Positions 42,717-50,851 of a DNA stretch of 64,000 nucleotides are shown here, in pieces (position 1 is the first letter of the stretch; each line of letters begins with the position of its first letter). A model generated the notes under the pieces. The model saw nothing but the letters and a program-made list of their open reading frames with translations. It did not search any database and was not told the origin of the DNA. A program made the position numbers and the translations under genes. The DNA is from Candidatus Aenigmatarchaeota archaeon (lineage in GTDB: Archaea; Aenigmatarchaeota; Aenigmatarchaeia; GW2011-AR5; JACRAC01), in NCBI GenBank assembly GCA_016187395.1, contig JACPJV010000039.1, positions 5,663 to 69,662 on the forward strand, given 5' to 3'.

Positions 42717-45680
42717 ATGAGGGCGTACCTGCTGATTCTGCTGGTTGCGGTTGTTGGAATCATCGGCATGAGCATGCCTGACTGGGCATTCAGCTTTACA
42801 GGCTTTGCGGCAGAAAACATCTCGCAGCAGCAAGGCCCTGAAAACTGCAAAGACGGCAATGCAGATGGAATGCCGGACGGCTACAGAATAGGCGCGGACG
42901 GCTACAAGTACTGCATGGAAATGATAACGTCTGGGGTGTTTGCCGGAAAGCCGGGCAGACTTTATTTCTATGCGTGGCACGAAGACGGAATCGACAGCAT
43001 AAGTTTGTATTCTGATGATAACATCATTACAGGCATAAAATACAAGGCATGCAAGCTTTCAAAAGAGTGCAGCGTTCTTAACACTATCTCTGCAAATTAC
43101 CCGGACAGGTACATTATCAGGGGGACTCTTTACACACGAGTAAAAAGACCTGTTCCCACGGTAAAAATCATAAACGCAGGGTGCGAATCAGAGTACTGCG
43201 AACCAAACCCCGCATATACAGACTTTTTCAGCTGGCTCAGGTCAGCGGGGTATAGGGAATGCGTCGCGGGATTTTACCTTGATAAACTGAAGAATCACAA
43301 TCAAAGCGCTGCTGTTAGAAGCATGCTGTCGAAAAAAGTTAATGTTGCACAGCCGCTTGCCGTGAATTTCTATGACATCATACCGGATGACATCAATGCA
43401 ACTTACAGCCCGATGGCTGAAGGCGAGGGCGTGAGTTGCAATGCCAGTGAGCAGAATCCTGGATTCTGCCTTGCACCGGTCACTGCTGACTACAAATTTG
43501 CTGAAAGCCATTTTGAAGGCACGTTCGGGATAGATTTTGAATTTGCCTACAATCAGGTGCGTATAAATTACAGCCAGTCCATTGGAAGGCCGCAGCTTGT
43601 CAGGATTAACTCAACAAACTTCTACAAATATCCTTCCAGGAGCAGTTTTGCCGCCGGATTCACAGAGCCCTATTCTATTCTGCATTATGCGATAGAGACA
43701 TTGAACGGAATTCCGGTGCATGATATGACAGGCTTTCTTTCAAACAAGAGAATGGAAATAAGCTTGGAGCCTTTGGATGCGGATTCTGCAAGGATATACG
43801 CAAGGGAGTTCGGCCGCGCACTCGGGCTGCAGGAACTTCCCAGAAACGCGGGAAGCCAGCTGGAACTTCCCGGCATCATGGACAGCCTGCGGCGCAACTC
43901 TTCGCTTGACGTGACAAGCCCAATCGAGAGGTATGTCACCGCGCCTGAAGATGGATTCCTGGATGAAGCCACGTATGCGGACAGATATAACAGCATTCTG
44001 CAGCCTGCGTGCGGAAACGCAGACCCTGCTATATTATACGGAAAGACTGCTGAACAGAACAGTACAGAAACTACATACGAACTGACGCTGACTAACCATG
44101 GCGAGACGCCAACAGGATTCTTCAAGGTCGCTGTTTTTGACAGCCCTGCTAGTGCCAACCCTGCTGAGGAAAGGCTCGTGGAACTCATAGAGCCGGGCAA
44201 AACCATGAAATTCAATTTCACTATTTTGAATTCAAGATTCGCAGGCAGTCCAGTCTTTGTCCTGGACAGTGAAAACCAGATCGCAGGAGAAAACGCGCAG
44301 AACAACCGCTGGCCTCTCAGGAAGCAGAAGAGAAAATTCTTTGTTCCCAGTCTGCCAGATATCCGGGCATATGTTTCTGATGAGATGCCCGGCAATGATG
44401 TGGAGTATGAAAATGACGAAAACGTAATATTGATGGATGAGATCGGAAGGAGGTATGCGGAGCTGGTTGGGATGTTCTCAAAAGGCAATGTTGACATCCA
44501 ACGCCTCAGGATAAGCGTGGATATAGGCAGAATTGCCATAGACACAAATGGCACGTCAGGCGTTTCACCGATGCATACGTTGTTTGTTGAGAATGACAAC
44601 AGTGGCGCAGGCGTTTACGTATGCCCGCTGGCTAAGGACGCGGCTGATGTCTACGTTGGCTGCGAAAATGAAACGGTTTTCACAGGCCAGTTTCCCCAGA
44701 CGATAGGCGGTGTGACTGTGAGCATCGACGGCAATGAATATAAAATCGAAGGCCTTACAGGAAGCGGCGCAGGGTCGCTGCCGCTGCCAGACTCTACAGG
44801 GCCACTGGTCGAATTAACGGCTCCGACTCCTGATGATTATGCCTTTGCTGGAAGCAATGAAGTTATAACAATAAGAGCCTCTGCAAATTCGGCTTTCCAG
44901 AGAACCGTGGCGCGATGCGTGCTGGAGTGGAACGAGCAAAATGAAAGCATGACTATGCAGGGAGGCGGAAGCAACGCCGTGTGCGAAAAGGCAAAGAGCG
45001 GCCTTGAACAGGGGCTTCACCAGTACAGGGTTTTTGCGGTGGACTCGGCAGGATATGCCGGCGAGAGCGAAATAAGATTCCTCGAGATTGTGCAATCCCA
45101 GGAATGCCCGCCTGAGCCTGAACTGCCTCTTTGCGACGGCATCCTTGTTCCGCTCTACGATGAGTCATTCTGCATCGCAGAATACAGCTGCGAATCAGAA
45201 TCTTTTGATATTGCCGCAGAGACTGCCGAAAGCGAAGAACTGACGAACACAGACGAAGAAACTATCACAGATATGCCCGGCGAAACAGCAGAAGAAGAAA
45301 TGCCTGCAGGAGATGCAGAAACAGAAGTTTCTCAGGAAGTCAGCACAGAAACGACATGCCATTCATGCCTTCAACCCGGCTCATGGTCTGGCTGTTCTGA
45401 AGGCACGCAGCAGCGCGCAAATTACAGGTGCGGCGCAGACACAGGGTACGCCTGCGAGGCGTTCACAGAAAGCCGGGAATGCCATGTTGCAGAAAAAACG
45501 CCGCAAGAAGCATCTCAAATCAATATTGAGAATATGGGAAAACTTGCAGCAGCCGTGTGCGCAGGCGGACTGGGATGCAGGACGGTTTCTGCGGTAACGC
45601 TGGTTGCAGACGTAATCGGGGTTCTGGATTTTTCCATTCGTGCCGTTGTTTTTCTCCAGGCAGGCATGGCATACGTATAA
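42717..45680 (+). CDS. large secreted protein with degenerate metzincin-like motif, Ig-like domain shared with the giant proteins, TSP1-like Cys motif and C-terminal hydrophobic tail
   Basis: ATG at 42717 (MRAYLLILLVAVVG). Contains REFGRALGL, plus CVLEWNEQNESM...CEKAKSGLEQGLHQYRVFAVD, which resembles CLLEFDSVNESM...CDKAKRSLSLGQHSYKVYAND in the 2167-aa protein. Confidence 0.8.
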   Translation: MRAYLLILLVAVVGIIGMSMPDWAFSFTGFAAENISQQQGPENCKDGNADGMPDGYRIGADGYKYCMEMITSGVFAGKPGRLYFYAWHEDGIDSISLYSDDNIITGIKYKACKLSKECSVLNTISANYPDRYIIRGTLYTRVKRPVPTVKIINAGCESEYCEPNPAYTDFFSWLRSAGYRECVAGFYLDKLKNHNQSAAVRSMLSKKVNVAQPLAVNFYDIIPDDINATYSPMAEGEGVSCNASEQNPGFCLAPVTADYKFAESHFEGTFGIDFEFAYNQVRINYSQSIGRPQLVRINSTNFYKYPSRSSFAAGFTEPYSILHYAIETLNGIPVHDMTGFLSNKRMEISLEPLDADSARIYAREFGRALGLQELPRNAGSQLELPGIMDSLRRNSSLDVTSPIERYVTAPEDGFLDEATYADRYNSILQPACGNADPAILYGKTAEQNSTETTYELTLTNHGETPTGFFKVAVFDSPASANPAEERLVELIEPGKTMKFNFTILNSRFAGSPVFVLDSENQIAGENAQNNRWPLRKQKRKFFVPSLPDIRAYVSDEMPGNDVEYENDENVILMDEIGRRYAELVGMFSKGNVDIQRLRISVDIGRIAIDTNGTSGVSPMHTLFVENDNSGAGVYVCPLAKDAADVYVGCENETVFTGQFPQTIGGVTVSIDGNEYKIEGLTGSGAGSLPLPDSTGPLVELTAPTPDDYAFAGSNEVITIRASANSAFQRTVARCVLEWNEQNESMTMQGGGSNAVCEKAKSGLEQGLHQYRVFAVDSAGYAGESEIRFLEIVQSQECPPEPELPLCDGILVPLYDESFCIAEYSCESESFDIAAETAESEELTNTDEETITDMPGETAEEEMPAGDAETEVSQEVSTETTCHSCLQPGSWSGCSEGTQQRANYRCGADTGYACEAFTESRECHVAEKTPQEASQINIENMGKLAAAVCAGGLGCRTVSAVTLVADVIGVLDFSIRAVVFLQAGMAYV

Positions 45681-45714
45681 AAGATTTAGCTGCCATTTTA
45701 TACTCCTGAGAATT

Positions 45715-46464
45715 ATGCCTTTTTCAGCAGAGCTAAGGGATATAGACATTCTTCGGGAGAGCCTGTCAGCTATAGCAGAGATCATAGACGAAACAGAGAT
45801 AATAATCCGGGAGGACGGCATATACATGCTGGCAGCTGACCGCGCGGTTGTGGCTGTGGTGGATTTCTTTTTGTCCAGAGGTGTGTTTTCTGAATATTCC
45901 TTTGAAGGCGAGCAACGCATAGGGATGAACCTGATGAATCTGCTGCGGATACTCAGAAGAGCGAGTCCAGGAGATATCCTAAGGTTCACGATTGAAGACG
46001 GCAAGATGAAATTCAGGCTGTCCGGAGAATCTGTACGAACCTTTTCGCTACCTATAATAGATGTATCCAAGCAGGAAATGCCTGACCTTGAAAAGCTTTC
46101 ATTCGCGTCTTCCTTTGACATAAGCAGCGAGGTTCTCGGCAGTGGCATAGAAGATTCTGATCTTATTACGGATAGCCTTGTTTTCTCGGTAAGTTCAGAC
46201 CGTGTTTTGATGGCTGCGGACAGCGATCTTGCCAGCTTTAACATGGAGCTGAAGGCAGGAAGCCCTGCACTCAGGATGCTAAACGGCGAAAGGGCAGCAC
46301 GCGCAAGATACTCCCTGGATTACCTAAAGCGGATAATGAAGGCAAGAAGGCTTTCTGATACAGTTAAGGTTCAGTTAGGCCCGGAATATCCTGCGAAATT
46401 CACGTACGATATACCTGAAAAGGCGCGCCTTTCTTTTGTCGTGGCGCCGAGAAGGGATGAGTAG
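45715..46464 (+). CDS. pcn: DNA polymerase sliding clamp PCNA
   Basis: 249 aa from ATG 45715. Colinear with the archaeal PCNA pattern (FSAELRDIDILRESLSAIAEIIDE..., IGMNLMNLLRILRRA, YSLDYLKRIMKA). Confidence 0.9.
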   Translation: MPFSAELRDIDILRESLSAIAEIIDETEIIIREDGIYMLAADRAVVAVVDFFLSRGVFSEYSFEGEQRIGMNLMNLLRILRRASPGDILRFTIEDGKMKFRLSGESVRTFSLPIIDVSKQEMPDLEKLSFASSFDISSEVLGSGIEDSDLITDSLVFSVSSDRVLMAADSDLASFNMELKAGSPALRMLNGERAARARYSLDYLKRIMKARRLSDTVKVQLGPEYPAKFTYDIPEKARLSFVVAPRRDE

Positions 46465-46477
46465 TTTCCTGCGCCTA

Positions 46478-46666
46478 TCACCTTTCAATTTTTAGCTGCG
46501 GAATTCTCGAGAAGTCCGAGATATTTCTTGTTATTATTTTTTCATCTTTCGCAATGCAGATAGAGGCTATCAGGACATCGAAAACATCTATGATTCTCCC
46601 TGTTTTACGATTTTTCGCGAATATGTCAGCTGCTATAGTGCTCCAAGGAATAAATCGGCATATCAT
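46478..46666 (-). pseudogene. PIN-domain toxin remnant (C-terminal half only)
   Basis: Encodes ...IIDVFDVLIASICIAKDEKIITRNISDFSRIPQLKI, a PIN C-terminal pattern. The N-terminal half with the first catalytic Asp is absent, and the upstream sequence is an F1 repeat. Confidence 0.6.
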
Positions 46667-46785
46667 ACTTCCTTGGGCACTACAAGCAGGAGCGAAGCTC
46701 CTGCTGTACAGCAGAACTCTTCGAGTTCTGCTTGTATATGTGAAACAATGAAATCATATCGGGATTATTTCATTGTTTCACTATA
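46667..46785. repeat. family F1 cluster
   Basis: ACTTCCTTGGGCACTA, two perfect hairpins, then TATATGTGAAACAATGAAAT...ATTTCATTGTTTCACTATA. Confidence 0.8.
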
Positions 46786-46825
46786 TCCTCAATCAGGTTT
46801 TATCCTTTTGTTCCATTTCATTATC

Positions 46826-48061
46826 ATGGCTTTTGAATGGCTGAAAGGCATTTTTAACAAAAAACAAGAAGTGCAGAGAGAAAGGGTGAGATTAAGCATA
46901 GAGGAAGCGGCAAAAATCCTTTCTGATGTTCAGAACGAAGGGAGGAAAAAAGTGCTCTCTGATATAACCAGCATAAGAACGGATGCCCTCAGGATACTGG
47001 AAAAAGTTCAGAAAGAATTTGGGCTTTTGCTCAAAGCATCTCCTGAAGAGCCGCGTGCTCAGGCTTCCAAGCAGATAAAGGACACGTTTGCAGGGAAATC
47101 CCTTGGTATTATTCGATCTTTTGCTAAAAACAACGTGGAATGCACCAGCATGGAGGAATATGAAGCGTTTGCTGGGGAATGCAGCAAGCTCGTATCGTCT
47201 ATAAGCATAAGCCCTACCGAGGCTTCTCACATGAAATTTTTCTTTGATGAGCAGATAAAAAATGCGGCTGGATCAATAAAGGATTTTTCTGTTTCCGTGG
47301 AAATGATTAAAGGCAAGATACGGGAACATAAGAATAAATTTATAAATTCTGATGAACAGCTTCGGCTTATAGAACAAAAACAGCTTGATATGGAAAAAAT
47401 TTCATCGGAAGCCGGCGCCTTGGAAGAAAACGCGGAAAAGTCCTCCAAGGAGGCGGAATCACTCCTGCTGGAAATAAAGAACGTTGAGGGATTGGAAGAG
47501 TCGAAGGAGCTTCTAAGGAGGGCGGAGGACTCTGCTAAAAGAAGGGAGGAAGAAGTTAATTCACAATTCTATACAATATCCAAGGTTCTCAGGAAATACA
47601 TCCATAAAATTGCAACAAAAGAGGAATCACTTCTTATAGCCAGGTATTTATCCTCGCCTAAAACTGCTTTCATAGAGGACGGAAATCTCGCTATAGCTGA
47701 TATCATTGAGAATGCAATGAAGCATTTTGCAGAATTAGAGCTGGACGAGAAGAGTTTTGAAAAAATCAGGCTGTTTCCAGACAAGTTGCGATTAACCGCT
47801 CTTAGAGAGGAGCTGTTAAACGCAGAGAGGGAAAGGCAGGATAAACAGGCAGAAATGTTTCCTCTGGAGAAAATGGAACTCCTGAACACAGAAAGAAAGA
47901 GAAATGCGAAAGAAATGAAGGAAAACTCCCAAAAAATGAAACAGGAAGCGGTTAATTTGAGAAACGCCATAGAAAAGAAACAATCGGAATTAGAAGAGGC
48001 TAAGGCAAAATTATCGGAAGAATTAGGCAAATTAGTCAATAAAGAAATAATCATATATTGA
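46826..48061 (+). CDS. coiled-coil protein, function unknown
   Basis: ATG at 46826, downstream of the repeat. 411 aa, E/K-rich heptad-like sequence. Confidence 0.6.
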   Translation: MAFEWLKGIFNKKQEVQRERVRLSIEEAAKILSDVQNEGRKKVLSDITSIRTDALRILEKVQKEFGLLLKASPEEPRAQASKQIKDTFAGKSLGIIRSFAKNNVECTSMEEYEAFAGECSKLVSSISISPTEASHMKFFFDEQIKNAAGSIKDFSVSVEMIKGKIREHKNKFINSDEQLRLIEQKQLDMEKISSEAGALEENAEKSSKEAESLLLEIKNVEGLEESKELLRRAEDSAKRREEEVNSQFYTISKVLRKYIHKIATKEESLLIARYLSSPKTAFIEDGNLAIADIIENAMKHFAELELDEKSFEKIRLFPDKLRLTALREELLNAERERQDKQAEMFPLEKMELLNTERKRNAKEMKENSQKMKQEAVNLRNAIEKKQSELEEAKAKLSEELGKLVNKEIIIY

Positions 48062-48133
48062 CCTTCGAAAGCGCCGTTTGGATTCTCTTCTAAATCCACA
48101 AACTTAATATATACAGAAAAGGCTAGGTTATAT

Positions 48134-49753
48134 ATGAAAAGGGGCGGCGCATCCCGAAAGAGAAGGAAGAAGACTGTTGAACGCAAAACACTCAGCAGCC
48201 AGCTGAAAAAATACGTTCTTACTTACGTAGCTCCGGCGCCTGCTGCAAAGCCGAGAAAGAAGAAGGCAAAGCCTCTGCGCAAAAGGAAGCCTCGTGCAAC
48301 GGCCAGGAAGATACAGAAAATTCACAAAACGGCAGCTATAAAACGCAGAAAAGCAAGCGGGAGACATAAAAAGGTGAAGACTGAATACAGAAAAGCCGGT
48401 GTGAAACACAAAAAAATGAGGGTGAAAAATAAAAGGGCAGGCATAAAACACAAAAAAGTCAAAACGAAATACAAAAGTGTGGCAATAAGGCGCAAAAAGC
48501 GTAAAACAAGAATAAAAACAAAACAGCGGCGGGCTGGAAAGCCTAGAAAGATGAGAAAGAAGAGAGAGAGAAAATCAGAGATTCTTAGAAAGGCTAAACT
48601 AAAGAGACTGGAATATATTAAAAAGGCCGGGATCAAGCGGATTGAGATGCTTAAAAGGAAAAGGCAAAAAAAACTTGAAAGTATGAAAAGGGCAAGGATT
48701 AAAAAATTCAAAAGGGCGAAGGAAGAAAGAGAAAGACGGGAAAAACTGATAAAACTGGAAAAGATAAGAAAAGCAAAGCACATAAAAGATCTGAGAAAGG
48801 CAAGAAAAATTCAATCCGCAAGAACTGCAAGAAAGGCAAAAAAGATAAATGCCTTAAAAGCCATGAAGAACAGGCATGCGGCAAAGAAAAGGGAAACAGT
48901 TGCTGCAAAGATGGCGGCAGAAATCAAGAATGCCATGACTGCAAAGGCGAAGAAAGCTGCAAAGAAACCGGAGGCGCAGACAAAGGGAAAAGAAGAGGTC
49001 TCTTATTTCAAGACAGACATACCCGGCTTTGATTCACTGCTGAAAAGCGGCATACCTTCTGCCAGTTCTGTGCTGATAGAAGGCGGACCTGGCTCAGGAA
49101 AAACAATATTCTGCCTCCAGACTGCGTACAATGCGTGCAGGCAGGGAAAGAAGGTCCTTTACATGAGCTTTGAGGAGCCTGAACAAAGGCTGCGAAGGCA
49201 CATGAAGAATTTTGGCTGGGACACCACGCCTTATGAAAAGAAAGGCACCTTTATGATAAAGCGCTTTGACGCGCTTGACATCGCAAGAAGCGTTGAGGCG
49301 CTTCTGAGCGAGGCGAAGAAGGAACTGCTTATAGATGTGCAGCCAATACTCATCCCCGCCAAGTTCAAGCCTGATGTTGTTCTTGTCGACTCACTCACTT
49401 CTATAGCATCTGCCTTTTCAGGCGAAGAAAGCCGCTTCCGCATATACATGGAGCAGCTCTTTCGCTATCTCGAGTATTCAAAGATAACCTCGTTTCTCAT
49501 CCGCGAGGTCTCCAATCCCACGCACATAGGCAAGAACTTTGTTGAGAAGTATGAGGCAGTAAGCTTCCTCTCTGACGGAATTATAATATTGTACAGTGTA
49601 GCGTATCCCAACGGAACAAGAGGCTCTGCTGTAGAGGTTCTGAAGATGCGGGGCTCCAGTATAAATAAAAAGATCGTGCGCATGGACATAACAGGCCGCG
49701 GCCTTGTCGTCCATCCTGATGTCCTTATCAAGGGAAATATCGAGTTCACATAG
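48134..49753 (+). CDS. KaiC/RecA-superfamily ATPase with about 290-aa polybasic N-terminal extension
   Basis: The C-terminal domain has IPGFDSLL, Walker A GGPGSGKT, Walker B VVLVDSLT and VLKMRGS. The N-terminus is mostly K/R. Confidence 0.8.
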   Translation: MKRGGASRKRRKKTVERKTLSSQLKKYVLTYVAPAPAAKPRKKKAKPLRKRKPRATARKIQKIHKTAAIKRRKASGRHKKVKTEYRKAGVKHKKMRVKNKRAGIKHKKVKTKYKSVAIRRKKRKTRIKTKQRRAGKPRKMRKKRERKSEILRKAKLKRLEYIKKAGIKRIEMLKRKRQKKLESMKRARIKKFKRAKEERERREKLIKLEKIRKAKHIKDLRKARKIQSARTARKAKKINALKAMKNRHAAKKRETVAAKMAAEIKNAMTAKAKKAAKKPEAQTKGKEEVSYFKTDIPGFDSLLKSGIPSASSVLIEGGPGSGKTIFCLQTAYNACRQGKKVLYMSFEEPEQRLRRHMKNFGWDTTPYEKKGTFMIKRFDALDIARSVEALLSEAKKELLIDVQPILIPAKFKPDVVLVDSLTSIASAFSGEESRFRIYMEQLFRYLEYSKITSFLIREVSNPTHIGKNFVEKYEAVSFLSDGIIILYSVAYPNGTRGSAVEVLKMRGSSINKKIVRMDITGRGLVVHPDVLIKGNIEFT

Positions 49754-49855
49754 AATCAGGGTGAATCAAGCAAAGAATCACCACGTGGTTTACTTGTGCT
49801 CAAGCAAGCAAAGCCTGTTTGGCATTTTTCTTGTTTTGCTGCAAAAGGTGAAAGC

Positions 49856-50851
49856 ATGAACGCCAGGATGGTCTTATTGCTGTCAGTTATTCTTCTTTCT
49901 GCCGGAGCTTATGCGCTTTCCGAAGACGCGAAAAAAGCTTCTATAGCAGTGGAAGATGCCTCGGCAGCTGTTCAGGAGATGATAGACGAAGGAATCAGCA
50001 CGCAGCGCGTTGAGGACATACTTTCAGAAGCCCGGATAATCCTGGAGGTCCAGACGCAGCAGGAAGGGAACGGAAGCTCTCCGGACTTTTCCGGCATCAT
50101 CAAAAAAACGCAGGAAATAATCTCCATCAAGGACCATGCATTCAAAACTGATGACGAATTAAAAGCCCTGCATCTTTCAATAGAAGAAAGCAGGACACGG
50201 ATAGATGTATCGGGAGCCGAAAGGCTTTTTGAAGAGGCTTCCACGGAATTCAGGGATGAGCGCTACGACAGGGCAGACCAGCTTATAGAAGCCTCTTATT
50301 CAAAGCTGTTCGAGCTGGAGGCGAGGAGCACGACAGCCGCTGCTCTCTACGATGCCGCAACTGCGACTGTCGGCAATTTCTTCAGCACTTTCTGGAAAGA
50401 GATACTCGTCCTCATAGCAATCCTGTCCATGCTGTTCCTTGTCTCTTACAAGCAAATTTCTATTTACAGGCTCAGGAGAAAAATGATGAAACTGGAGCTT
50501 GAAAAAGCCTCGTTGGAGAAGCTTATACAAAGAACCCAGAGGGATTATTTTGAGAAGGGAAATCTCCCTGAAAGCACGTATACGATAAGGATAAAAAAAT
50601 TCGGCGACCTTATACGCGACATAAACCGCCAGGTGCCGCTCCTCAAAGAGCAGATTGAGCACAAGAAGGGAAAACGTCCGGGAAAGCTGATATACGAAAA
50701 GCGCCTCAGGTTTGACTATGCGACGTCATCACCGAGGCGCGTGAAAACCAGGACATCAGACAGGCATAGTATTTTGCAGGATGCAAAATCTGCAGTTTCT
50801 TCGCTCGTCTCTCACAGCCGCAGAAGAAACGAACGTCATGGCAGGGAGTGA
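49856..50851 (+). CDS. signal peptide - helical ectodomain - TM - cytoplasmic coiled-coil protein
   Basis: ATG at 49856 (MNARMVLLLSVILLSAGAYA). The architecture matches the C-terminal anchor of the 3181-aa protein. Confidence 0.65.
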   Translation: MNARMVLLLSVILLSAGAYALSEDAKKASIAVEDASAAVQEMIDEGISTQRVEDILSEARIILEVQTQQEGNGSSPDFSGIIKKTQEIISIKDHAFKTDDELKALHLSIEESRTRIDVSGAERLFEEASTEFRDERYDRADQLIEASYSKLFELEARSTTAAALYDAATATVGNFFSTFWKEILVLIAILSMLFLVSYKQISIYRLRRKMMKLELEKASLEKLIQRTQRDYFEKGNLPESTYTIRIKKFGDLIRDINRQVPLLKEQIEHKKGKRPGKLIYEKRLRFDYATSSPRRVKTRTSDRHSILQDAKSAVSSLVSHSRRRNERHGRE

